A DNA stretch of 64,000 nt from a virus, in the IMG/VR virus record IMGVR_UViG_3300029305_001665. One strand, written 5' to 3'. Within the stretch, counting starts at the first letter, position 1. Every line of letters starts with the position of its first letter. This document shows, one piece after another, positions 30,281 to 39,523 of this stretch. The notes below the pieces were generated by a model, which ran no database searches, had not been told where the DNA came from, and was given only the letters and a program-made list of their open reading frames with translations. The position numbers and the translations under genes are program-made.

Positions 30281-30584
30281 CCCCTAAAGTAAGAATCAGT
30301 CTTGGATGCTTGGGTTCAACACTCGAAATCTTCCATTTAGCACCCATGATTTCGACGTATTTCATGGAGCTGTAATGGTTAAGTACGTATGAATCGGCTA
30401 TGATGCTGATTTGTCCGCTAAACTTCAAGTTATCATTGGTGCTCTCAGAATTTTCAGACATATTGCTCGGCATGCGGAGAATGTCCCCCACCGCAAAGTG
30501 CTCCACAATGTCCGGAGACCAAACGCCAGGACTGATTTCTTCTATCTCGGCAGCATAACCGATAGGTCCATAGAACTTAGCCAT
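30255..30584 (-). CDS. head-tail adaptor protein
   Basis: 109 aa. Lies between the capsid and tail genes. Overlaps its neighbour. Confidence 0.4.
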   Translation of the reverse strand: MAKFYGPIGYAAEIEEISPGVWSPDIVEHFAVGDILRMPSNMSENSESTNDNLKFSGQISIIADSYVLNHYSSMKYVEIMGAKWKISSVEPKHPRLILTLGGVYNGKQA

Positions 30585-30613
30585 AATTATTCACTCCATT
30601 TTGATTTTTTAGA

Positions 30614-32518
30614 TTAACCAGCAGTAGCTACAGGTTCTTCAAGTGCAATTGCAGAGAAGGGTTCGGTTAATGAACCTGAAAGTCTGGTTTCCAAGAGATA
30701 TTTATATTTGTTGAAGTCGATATCGAAATCTTCAAACTTGGTGAGTTGACCACCCTTAGCGCAACCGAAAGTATAGTCAGCAAGGTTAACGAAGAGACCA
30801 AGGAGTTTCTTGTTACCAGCTTCGGTTTCTCTGATTTGACCTTCGAGTTGTTCGATTTCTACGATTTCAGCAACGTTAAGAGCTGCAGTAAGGTCAGCCT
30901 TAGAATTGTAGATGCGTCTACCGTTTAAGTCACGAGCAAGGAGCATTACGTTTACAAGGTGAGGAGTGCAGTAAAGGGTGGGAAGACCAGTGCCTTTGAA
31001 CTTTTCTCTAGAATAGAGAGCTGCAGTGATGATAGCTTCAGAGTAAATGTAGTTTTCACCGAAGTTAGCACCAGTGTTGGTACCTTGAAGTTCTGCTTTT
31101 GCTTTAGCGATGTCTACGTCACAGTGCATGCAGTAGAAATCTTCATCGTGATAGATTGAACGAATGTTAGCTTCGTGAATCTTATCGGGATCAGTCTCTT
31201 CACGACCATCACCAATTAATGCTGCTAAAGCAAGGGTTTCATACATCTGGTCGTTCATGACTTTGAGTTGGAAAGCAGTTACGTCCCAATCGATATCGAT
31301 GATGTCGTCTCTGTGGAGTTCATCTTTGATATAAACAGTTTGAGGAGAGGTTTCTCTCTTCAAGAGTTTGATTTGGTTCATAATTTCTTTCTTGTCGCCT
31401 TTCTTTTGGTAACCTTTAGCGTTGAGATCAACTGCTCTAGCGTCAGCTTTACGGGTACGAATCTTAGAGAAAGGACTCTTATGGATCTTGTTGATTACCT
31501 TCATAACCCAACTTTGGTCAAAGTCTCTGATGATTTCAGGCGCACCAGGATTGATGAGATGGGGTTCAGGGAAGAGTAATGCAACAGTTTCAGCGTCAGA
31601 TTGGTCAAAAGCGTGAGCTAATTCTTCGTTGTCGCTGATGTACATTTGGATAGCAGACTTTAAGCTAGCAACACCGGGTTGTTTAGCAAGAGCGATAATC
31701 GCTTCTTTGTCAGCATGGGTAAGTACTGCTTCTTTCTTGGTAGCTTCGTTGTTATCGAATACATTGTGCTTCATGGTTTCGTTTCCTCCTTCGGAAGTAT
31801 CATTGTCCGTTTTTTTGTTTTTGTTTTCAGTGTCTTCTATTGCCTTCGCAACGAATGCGTGTAATAGATCTTTTTGTTCGTCGTTGAGAGTGTTATACAC
31901 ATCTTCGACGGTCTTTTCAGCGGCTTCATCAGCGTGTTGTACTTCTTCTGCCACTTCAGTGGGTTGTGTTTCTTCTACAACTTCAGGGTCAACCTGTTGG
32001 CTGTTTTCTTCACCTTCTTCAGCATGTTCGAGGTTGCTTTCGAGGTTAGGAATATCAAGGGGTTCCCCGTTGAATATGATTGCTTCTTCCTCTTCGTCAG
32101 CACCTTCGCCATGCTTAACAACGGTGTCGATAAGTGCACCAGGATTTGCTCCTGCTAAGACGAGGCTTACTTCACGGATTTTACCATGCGTAACGCCGCG
32201 CTTATTGTCATGCTTAAGCTGGTTAGCACAGATAGAAAGTGAACAAATATCGCCATGTAAAACAATTTTCTTGGCTTCTCGTCCGCTTTCGGTATCGTTG
32301 AACATACAGTATGCATACATTCCGCCGTCGCGACTATGTAACAATGCTTTACCTAAGATGTTATGCACATCGTTGTGTTGATGGTTCCACACAAGAGGAA
32401 CTATATCACCATCATGATGTTTAAACGCATCAGGTAAAATGGTACGGCCGTCAGAACATAATTTGTTGCTGCATGTCGCCCACCCAGCGAAATCGTAGTT
32501 GTTTACGCTAAGCTCCAT
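30614..32518 (-). CDS. prohead protease - major capsid protein fusion (HK97-like)
   Basis: 634 aa. The N-terminal ~150 aa resemble the HK97-family prohead protease, followed by an acidic linker and a ~380-aa capsid-like domain. Start overlaps the portal gene end. Confidence 0.65.
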   Translation of the reverse strand: MELSVNNYDFAGWATCSNKLCSDGRTILPDAFKHHDGDIVPLVWNHQHNDVHNILGKALLHSRDGGMYAYCMFNDTESGREAKKIVLHGDICSLSICANQLKHDNKRGVTHGKIREVSLVLAGANPGALIDTVVKHGEGADEEEEAIIFNGEPLDIPNLESNLEHAEEGEENSQQVDPEVVEETQPTEVAEEVQHADEAAEKTVEDVYNTLNDEQKDLLHAFVAKAIEDTENKNKKTDNDTSEGGNETMKHNVFDNNEATKKEAVLTHADKEAIIALAKQPGVASLKSAIQMYISDNEELAHAFDQSDAETVALLFPEPHLINPGAPEIIRDFDQSWVMKVINKIHKSPFSKIRTRKADARAVDLNAKGYQKKGDKKEIMNQIKLLKRETSPQTVYIKDELHRDDIIDIDWDVTAFQLKVMNDQMYETLALAALIGDGREETDPDKIHEANIRSIYHDEDFYCMHCDVDIAKAKAELQGTNTGANFGENYIYSEAIITAALYSREKFKGTGLPTLYCTPHLVNVMLLARDLNGRRIYNSKADLTAALNVAEIVEIEQLEGQIRETEAGNKKLLGLFVNLADYTFGCAKGGQLTKFEDFDIDFNKYKYLLETRLSGSLTEPFSAIALEEPVATAG

Positions 32519-33770
32519 TTTGATTTTCTCCTTCTAAAATTGGTTCTTCAGTCACCTCTTTAACTGGTGTAGGTGCCTCGCCTTCCGGATGGCTTATGTT
32601 ACTGTTGATAAGTTTGTCCGCCTTGGGATCGGTTGAAGGCTTTCTACCCATGATTTGCCTAATCTCATTCTTAGTTAAGATCTCATTTCTAGTTAACGTG
32701 TCTGCAGTTTTAGCAAGTTCAGAAGCAGGCATAAGAGCAAAGGGATCTCTGAAGTAGGAAATCGACTGGTTCTGTGACCGAGCAGTTTTGGTTAAAAATT
32801 TTCTTTTGAATTCGTTAACAATAGCCATTACCATAACTTTTACGGTGCGGTTAGTATAGTTAAGCATTGTTTTTTCGTCTGCGGTACCATCTAATATCGA
32901 CTGATGAAACGATAACTGGCTGTATAGCATGCTCGTTAGGTATTCAATCTGCTTCAATAGATTGTTCTCTACAGGTCGGTTCAATTGAGTGATACGCTCA
33001 GTACCGTCGGTATAAGCAATACCATACTTAGAACCGGACAATTGCACTTCTATATCTTTACGCCTTTTTTCGGCTTGTTCACGTCTTGCCTCTGATTTAA
33101 CAATGTATGGTAACTGGATGATTAAATCCAATTTACCCGAACCGCTTTGCTCATCTATTGCGTCCAACAATGTTAATTTCTTAACAAGTCGTTTCATAGT
33201 TGAGTTCGGTTCGTTCATGACCGCATAGAACGGGTTCTGGATGATAGCTACGCTCTCTTTAGGGAGTGTGACATCTTCATGCTTACCCGTGCGATCATTA
33301 TAAAGTTTTATTTTTACGTGACGAGGATACCATTGAATAATTTTGCCGGTTCGCATAGTCTTAATATCATACGATCCGGTTTTAGTGGGATCAACGTCAG
33401 TATCCACAGGGACCACCGCAACGACACCTTCATCAATCATTGACATAACAATATCTTGTATGAAGTCTTTATGCGTTTGGTCTATGTTAGCTTCAGTGTT
33501 CAAACAGTAATCTAATCCGCTCTTATAGTAGTCATTAAATCTACCTTCTTCGTCCAATACAACATGGCGAATATCCACATCTGCGACATCTAGAGCGATA
33601 CGGTTTGTAATAGCGGTTACAACAGTCTTTTCGTTACCACCGCTAAGTCGGACTCTGTCAGGTCGCGTGAAGTAACTTTGACCGAGGTCCATGGTATTAT
33701 AGTACATAGTGGGATCTCTGTTATTTACAAAGGCATTCCATCCATGTTTAATTCTGTCTAGTAATCCCAT
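32508..33770 (-). CDS. portal protein
   Basis: 420 aa. Immediately downstream of the terminase large subunit gene. Acidic C-terminal tail. Synteny-based call. Confidence 0.65.
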   Translation of the reverse strand: MGLLDRIKHGWNAFVNNRDPTMYYNTMDLGQSYFTRPDRVRLSGGNEKTVVTAITNRIALDVADVDIRHVVLDEEGRFNDYYKSGLDYCLNTEANIDQTHKDFIQDIVMSMIDEGVVAVVPVDTDVDPTKTGSYDIKTMRTGKIIQWYPRHVKIKLYNDRTGKHEDVTLPKESVAIIQNPFYAVMNEPNSTMKRLVKKLTLLDAIDEQSGSGKLDLIIQLPYIVKSEARREQAEKRRKDIEVQLSGSKYGIAYTDGTERITQLNRPVENNLLKQIEYLTSMLYSQLSFHQSILDGTADEKTMLNYTNRTVKVMVMAIVNEFKRKFLTKTARSQNQSISYFRDPFALMPASELAKTADTLTRNEILTKNEIRQIMGRKPSTDPKADKLINSNISHPEGEAPTPVKEVTEEPILEGENQNGA

Positions 33771-33784
33771 TTGGTGTTCTCCTT

Positions 33785-35530
33785 TTATTCAAAAGCATCT
33801 TTGTTAAGCTTATAAGCGATATACGCGTCCATCATTGCTGCAACAGCGTCGATTTTCTGGTCATAGCGCTTCTTGTATAATTTACGGTTTCCGTTGGTAT
33901 CTTCTATCGTGATACAGTTACCCATAGTAAAAGTCATTAGTGCTTCGTCGAAGAACAGCATTCTATCTTCTGCTAATTTCTTAAGTTCCCCTAAAGGAAC
34001 TGATTCTGTTCTAGAACCTTGAATGACTTTTTCAACTCCATAAGTACCATTCTCAGTTACCCAACGGTCGACGAAATCTTTGGCATTATACGGGTCATAT
34101 CCGAAGCAACGAACGTCGTATTGACTATTAATTATAAACGCATCTAAATCGTCGAATACTTCCATTGGGTCTAAAATAGTACCTTCTAAAACTATCAAAC
34201 TACCTTCTTTTATAAACTCTTCGTATTTCAAGCGCATTGCTCCGGGGAGTTTCATCATAGTTCTGGTTGTTATATAGTTTCTGGTCTTTACGCCGAATGC
34301 TCCATTTCCCAACGGGAATAAGAACGTAAATGCACAGAAGTCGTCACCTTGCGATAAGTCCGCGCCCAACGCGCATGGCATTTGCCAGAATTCTCTTTTT
34401 CTATGAGGCAACGTTTCTTCATAAGTGAAGTAGTACGTATAACCTTCTGCGGGTATACCGAAACGTTTAGCTAACGTATCATTCCTAACAGCAGGGTTAT
34501 TTTCCATTCTTTCTACTTCATCTTGGTACGTTTCGTAACTAACGGTCTTTCCTAAATTAGGATTTGCTTTAACCCACATTCTGGGGTCAGCTACTTCGTC
34601 GATTGAATCGAGTTTGTACCAAAAGATTGAAGTATGGATATCAGGATAGTCACCTTTAAGAATGCTAGCTAACTCCATTTTGATTGAATCGCCAGGTCCA
34701 TTACGTACAGTACCTTCTGAGCTAATAGCTAAGATGAGGAACTCCTCGTTCTTAGAAGCGCCTTGTTTTGCTGCACCGACGACATCTTCGGAGATGTCAC
34801 CAGACAACCATTCGTCCACTGATACAACTTTATCTTTACGACCTTGGTATTTATCAATAGTCATCGGGACGATTTCCAACAAAGAATTTGTCAGGAAATT
34901 CTGGATACCTTTTTTAGTACTTGCTAACTTCAAACGGTCAGCTTTTGAACCGGTGGTATTTTGTAATGATCCCTCGGTTAAGAACTTAAATAAAGGTCCT
35001 CTAGCCCTAGTTATTGATGTTTTTATCGGTCCTAATACTTCTTCTGCCTGTCTAGTTGTGGGTGCAGTAGTTGACTGTTGAGTAGTCGATGTGTCAATAT
35101 TAAGGAAGTAGCTATGTATGCATGACGCGTACATCGATTTGGCAGCGCCACGTCCTACTATTAAATATTGTCTATTGATTAGACGCTTCTTTATGGTTTT
35201 CTTGACATAGCGACCACCATGTCCATCTTTGCCAGGGACGTATACACTTCTGTCAACAAAGTAATACCAACCGAATATCTGCTCTGCCCAAAGTTTAAAC
35301 GAATCTAATAAGTGAAGATCGTCACCATTGGTTAATGTTAATTCGTTTTCACAATACGAAATAAACCCATCGATAGCTTGGTCGTCGTACCAAACACCTG
35401 GGTTTTTAATGAGTGCATCTATTCGGTTCATCTCCATAGAGATTTCACGGTTAACTGGTATTTCTCCTCTAAGTACGGCATCTCGAAACATGCCGTAATA
35501 CTTAGGGGTAGCTGTATTCGACAATGCCAT
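33785..35530 (-). CDS. terL: terminase large subunit
   Basis: 581 aa. Walker A-like LIVGRGAAKS and Walker B DEWL. C-terminal RNaseH-like nuclease acidic residues (GADLSQGDD, DQKIDAVAAMMDA). Confidence 0.9.
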   Translation of the reverse strand: MALSNTATPKYYGMFRDAVLRGEIPVNREISMEMNRIDALIKNPGVWYDDQAIDGFISYCENELTLTNGDDLHLLDSFKLWAEQIFGWYYFVDRSVYVPGKDGHGGRYVKKTIKKRLINRQYLIVGRGAAKSMYASCIHSYFLNIDTSTTQQSTTAPTTRQAEEVLGPIKTSITRARGPLFKFLTEGSLQNTTGSKADRLKLASTKKGIQNFLTNSLLEIVPMTIDKYQGRKDKVVSVDEWLSGDISEDVVGAAKQGASKNEEFLILAISSEGTVRNGPGDSIKMELASILKGDYPDIHTSIFWYKLDSIDEVADPRMWVKANPNLGKTVSYETYQDEVERMENNPAVRNDTLAKRFGIPAEGYTYYFTYEETLPHRKREFWQMPCALGADLSQGDDFCAFTFLFPLGNGAFGVKTRNYITTRTMMKLPGAMRLKYEEFIKEGSLIVLEGTILDPMEVFDDLDAFIINSQYDVRCFGYDPYNAKDFVDRWVTENGTYGVEKVIQGSRTESVPLGELKKLAEDRMLFFDEALMTFTMGNCITIEDTNGNRKLYKKRYDQKIDAVAAMMDAYIAYKLNKDAFE

Positions 35531-35543
35531 ATGTTATCACCGT

Positions 35544-36392
35544 TTATTTCTTTTTCTTTTTCTTTTCGGTTTCTTTTTTAGCTAATTTTACGCTGTTTCC
35601 GACGTATCGAGTGTTGAGCCAGCTACTTCCGCGATCGGAGCTATCTTTAACGTGATTATAAGGGTCTTCCATCGAGTACTCGCTAGATTCGGTCTTATAT
35701 TCGTAAGATGCTTCAGACTTGGTTTCTTTCTTAGGTTCTTCTTTCGGCTTTTCGTCAGATTTCTTCGGTTCTTCCTTCTTAGGTTTCTCTTCGGATTTCT
35801 TAGGCTCTTCTTTCGGCTTTTCGTCAGATTTCTTAGGCTCTTCTTTCGGCTTTTCGTCAGATTTCTTCGGTTCTTCCTCAGCCTCTTCCTCAGCCTTCTT
35901 TTCTTTCTTACCGAAAATCGCATCGTGCGCTTTCCTTGTCTTATCTAATGTCAGATCCTTTGCCTTACGCTTCTGCTCGGCCTTTTCCCTAAGTCCAAAT
36001 AAATTACCAAAGGGAGTCTTTTCATCGATTACGTCAGTAAGAGCATCTACGCCAGCATTGGCATAGTGATCCACGAATCTTTTAGCGGAGTTCTTACCGG
36101 TGTCGATCATTAGACCTTTAAACCATTCAGCTACTTTTTCTTTATTAGACATAGTAGCTTTTCTGTATCTTTCTTCCGCTTCTATACGAGACGTCACGTC
36201 GTTAATTTCCTTAGTGCTCATGGCTTTAAGGCTTTTGCGTTCTAACGTCTTCTTATAATCAGCATGTTCTTCGTCGTCATCGTTATCGGCTTTAGCTTGG
36301 GCACGTTTCTGGTTGAGCTCATACTGCTGCTTCTTTCTGTGACCCCATCGCATGCCGGGAACGCCATAATGGAGAAGTTCTTTATCATCCAT
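35544..36392 (-). CDS. Lys/Glu-rich tandem-repeat protein in the position where a terminase small subunit is expected
   Basis: 282 aa. C-terminal tandem repeats SDEKPKEEPKK, which are 33-bp DNA repeats around 35700..35890. No recognisable terminase-small-subunit HTH. Confidence 0.4.
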   Translation of the reverse strand: MDDKELLHYGVPGMRWGHRKKQQYELNQKRAQAKADNDDDEEHADYKKTLERKSLKAMSTKEINDVTSRIEAEERYRKATMSNKEKVAEWFKGLMIDTGKNSAKRFVDHYANAGVDALTDVIDEKTPFGNLFGLREKAEQKRKAKDLTLDKTRKAHDAIFGKKEKKAEEEAEEEPKKSDEKPKEEPKKSDEKPKEEPKKSEEKPKKEEPKKSDEKPKEEPKKETKSEASYEYKTESSEYSMEDPYNHVKDSSDRGSSWLNTRYVGNSVKLAKKETEKKKKKK

Positions 36393-36427
36393 TTTGAATT
36401 TCCTCCTTGATTAATAGTGTGATTATA

Positions 36428-37315
36428 TTAGCAGAAAATGTCCTGCCAAAACACAGGTTTATGAGTTGCTTTTAATCTATTATATGATGCAACAAATGCT
36501 GATTTAATACCATCAGTTAATTGATTTTCATGAGTGAAAAATTCTACGAATTTGTTAACATTAGCGTACTCAATATCAGTATTATATGAACCTGTATTAT
36601 ATAAGTTGCTACCTTCTTGTGTTCTCACAAAATGTAATTGAGTTGATGGGTCAAATAGATAATCGTGTTTATTAATATAAGTATTAAATTCTTCTTCTAA
36701 ATAATATGACTGTCTAATTCCACCATCTGATGCATTAATTGCTGCTAAAAACCCACGACAGCCGCAAGGCGCATCTCTCATCGCCTTACAAGCTTCTAAC
36801 GAACCTGCAAAGTTGTGTAAACGCGGTATTCTATCAATACATTCAGACGAACCGGTAATATTAATTAATGCGTTGATAGTTTTCGAGTAAGCTTCAGTCG
36901 CAGTTTCGGCAGTTGCAGAGGCGTAATTAATACCACTATACAATGCGTGAAAACCAAATTTTAACCAGCTACTATTCGCTTTAAATTCTGAACGCCAAGT
37001 AGTAGGAACCATATCAAGAGTGAAAGTTGGATTGCTCGATGCGTTCTGATAGAAGCAATAACAGCTAATAGTTACGCCAGTATCTTCATGAAATTTCTTT
37101 AGCCAAGCAAACATTGAATTGTCAAAAATCGACGCTGGTTTATTGTTTGTTAAATCTTCAAAAGCTAAATAAAAATCGTCTATTGAAAAATGACTATATT
37201 TGTTGTATTCGTCAGCAACAATCCAGTCTTCAATGTGATTGAAATGCTCAGCTTTTAACACTGTTCCCTCAGTAGTTTCTGTTTTATCTACAAATGTCTG
37301 ACGTTTATAAGCCAT
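36428..37315 (-). CDS. hypothetical protein (295 aa)
   Basis: Intact ORF with RBS. Confidence 0.45.
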   Translation of the reverse strand: MAYKRQTFVDKTETTEGTVLKAEHFNHIEDWIVADEYNKYSHFSIDDFYLAFEDLTNNKPASIFDNSMFAWLKKFHEDTGVTISCYCFYQNASSNPTFTLDMVPTTWRSEFKANSSWLKFGFHALYSGINYASATAETATEAYSKTINALINITGSSECIDRIPRLHNFAGSLEACKAMRDAPCGCRGFLAAINASDGGIRQSYYLEEEFNTYINKHDYLFDPSTQLHFVRTQEGSNLYNTGSYNTDIEYANVNKFVEFFTHENQLTDGIKSAFVASYNRLKATHKPVFWQDIFC

Positions 37316-37326
37316 ATACTACCACC

Positions 37327-38061
37327 TTATAATAATGTGAAATCAGCTAATGTTACAGTTGAGCTTGTAAAATTCGTATACATAAAGCCTGCGCATTTTT
37401 TCCAAGTTTCGTTCGCAACATACGTGCTGCAGTCAAAAGATGATTGAGTAACGCCGTTGACCGATAAAGTTGCGGTATTTCCACTCCATGTCACACTTAG
37501 AGTATCTCCTTGCGCGAATGTGCTTGTAGCGGCAGCATCAGTCGTTAATACTCCGCCGCCAAACGTTGTATAGTCATAACGTTGTAAGTTGGTGCCAATA
37601 TCAGCACCACGAGGACGAAACGCAAGTATGTTGCTATCGTATCTGCCGATGATAACCATACGTCCACCGTCGCTAGCAGATGCCGCGGGTGAAACAAAAC
37701 TAAAGTTTTGGTTAGTATTCTTCATAAATACGACAGCTTTATTATTAGTCGCTGTAACAGTAGGAACACCGTTTTCTTCTGTTACAGTGGCCAATCCGTC
37801 GGGCGAGTATACTTCCCATTCGGCTTCGCCTTCTTCTACTATATAAACAACCTCATTTGAATAATCGCTATCTTCATAACCATCTGCTTTTGCTTTAACA
37901 ACTAAAGTGTGTGAACCTGCTTCTAGATTTAATGCCGACACTTCAAAATTTATTTCACTTGAAGTTGTGAGTTCTGAATAAGTACCATCCGATGCTTTTT
38001 CATTGAGACTATACTGAGTCGCATTGGATACCGGATTTCCTTTTATATATGTTTTTGCCAT
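37327..38061 (-). CDS. Ig/FN3-like domain protein (244 aa)
   Basis: N-terminal beta-sandwich-like sequence (TLVVKAKADGYEDSDYSNEVVY). Confidence 0.4.
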   Translation of the reverse strand: MAKTYIKGNPVSNATQYSLNEKASDGTYSELTTSSEINFEVSALNLEAGSHTLVVKAKADGYEDSDYSNEVVYIVEEGEAEWEVYSPDGLATVTEENGVPTVTATNNKAVVFMKNTNQNFSFVSPAASASDGGRMVIIGRYDSNILAFRPRGADIGTNLQRYDYTTFGGGVLTTDAAATSTFAQGDTLSVTWSGNTATLSVNGVTQSSFDCSTYVANETWKKCAGFMYTNFTSSTVTLADFTLL

Positions 38062-38078
38062 TTTGATTTTTATCTCCT

Positions 38079-39227
38079 TTATTTATAAGTTACTTTAATT
38101 TCAATAGTTACTGTCTCGCCAACATATGACCCATATACCGTGCCAGAAACTTGATATATTCCTGAAGAGGTTTTAGAATACGAAAAATTATCGATGTTGT
38201 CGCCTATGGGTTCGAACGATTCGACCTCTCTATCAGTGTTAAACTGCGCCAATAACGCGCCCGTATAAAGTTGTGCAGCGCCAGGCACTTGAGTATCAAT
38301 CGTTACTGTATATGTTAATATTTCGCTACCTTCAAGTTCTTCAAGATATATTACAGGTGCTTCTAATTTCGGTAACGTGTCTTCTGTGGTTTCGAGATAA
38401 ATAACCGGAGTATCTAATTTAGTTACTATTGGTTCATCCGGTTCATCAGGAATTTCTTCCTCTATGGTTTCGAGGTAGATTTCAGGAGTATCTAATTTAG
38501 TTACTATTGGTTCATCGGGTTCATCAGGTTCGTCAGGTTCATCGGGAATTTCCTCCTCTATGGTTTCAAGGTAAATTACCGGTGTTTCCAATTTCAGAAC
38601 TTCAGGTTCATCTGGTTCATCAGGAATTTCTTCCTCTATGGTTTCAAGGTAAATTACCGGAGTTTCCAATTTCAGAACTTCAGGTTCATCTGGTTCTTCG
38701 TTAGATATAGTTTCGAGATAGATTTCAGGAGTATCTAATTTCAGAACTTCAGGTTCGCCCGGAGTTTCATCATATATATGTTCAAGGTAAATTACCGGTG
38801 TATCTAATTTTTCAAGCCCGGATATTTCGCTGTTACCCAGAACCGCACGGCCAAGTATAGCTCTACCTAGAATAGCACTAGAATTCGGTTGAACTTCTTC
38901 GTCAGTTTCAAGATAAATACTAGGCGTGTCTAGTTTTCTAAGTTCTACTTTCGCGAGCTCCAGTATCTTATCTGACAGGTCTAATACCGAGACATTAGCG
39001 TTAGTTTTTGATTTAACCCTATACGCATTAGCAATGTCGACCAATGTTTGGTGCTTTATTGCGTAAAACTCGTGCGTTGCTTCCTCGGCACTTCCCGTTA
39101 CTGTCCCGTCAATTAAAGTATTCGCCAAAGAGGATACTGGAATGTTCTCCGTTATACCGTATACTTGACGAATAGCATCGGCGATAGAAACAAGAGTTGA
39201 GCGCTGTATAAGGTAAATCGTAGACAT
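38079..39227 (-). CDS. acidic tandem-repeat protein
   Basis: 382 aa. Eight or more repeats of KLDTPVIYLETIEEEIPDEPDEP(E/I)V(L/T). Confidence 0.5.
   Translation of the reverse strand: MSTIYLIQRSTLVSIADAIRQVYGITENIPVSSLANTLIDGTVTGSAEEATHEFYAIKHQTLVDIANAYRVKSKTNANVSVLDLSDKILELAKVELRKLDTPSIYLETDEEVQPNSSAILGRAILGRAVLGNSEISGLEKLDTPVIYLEHIYDETPGEPEVLKLDTPEIYLETISNEEPDEPEVLKLETPVIYLETIEEEIPDEPDEPEVLKLETPVIYLETIEEEIPDEPDEPDEPDEPIVTKLDTPEIYLETIEEEIPDEPDEPIVTKLDTPVIYLETTEDTLPKLEAPVIYLEELEGSEILTYTVTIDTQVPGAAQLYTGALLAQFNTDREVESFEPIGDNIDNFSYSKTSSGIYQVSGTVYGSYVGETVTIEIKVTYK
38370..38830. repeat. imperfect tandem DNA repeats (~60-78 bp units) encoding the acidic peptide repeat
   Basis: Recurring ggtttcgaggta(g/a)at...tctaatttcagaacttcaggttcatc units. 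Confidence 0.6.
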
Positions 39228-39520
39228 TAGACGCTAACCTCCTCGGCATTATGTACTTCTATTGGCTCTAATTCGCCATTAGCATTTACTTTGTAGTAGT
39301 TGCCTTCTTCGTCAGATGCGACTTTAAGCGGCACATCGACGACAATAGTAGCTTTATATATTCCGTTATACTCTACATCAGGATACATATTGAATGTTCC
39401 GTTTTTGGTAATAGAGGTGGATTTTTCTTGTACTTTAAATTCTATTTCGCCAGTTCCCGCATGTCTATCCAATGCGGGCTTGGCTTCTTTTATAAATAAT
39501 TTTTCTAACCAATTGCTCAT
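39227..39520 (-). CDS. hypothetical protein (97 aa)
   Basis: Intact ORF with RBS. Its stop overlaps the next gene start. Confidence 0.45.
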   Translation of the reverse strand: MSNWLEKLFIKEAKPALDRHAGTGEIEFKVQEKSTSITKNGTFNMYPDVEYNGIYKATIVVDVPLKVASDEEGNYYKVNANGELEPIEVHNAEEVSV

Positions 39521-39523
39521 AAA

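Noticed and set aside
31629-32381. 250-aa plus-strand ORF
   Set aside because: Antisense to the protease-capsid gene. Ser/Cys-rich, low-complexity product.
38370-38830. Possible CRISPR array, given regular repeats
   Set aside because: The units are 60-78 bp, imperfect, contiguous with no spacers, and lie in frame within a coding gene. They are a protein tandem repeat, not a CRISPR array.
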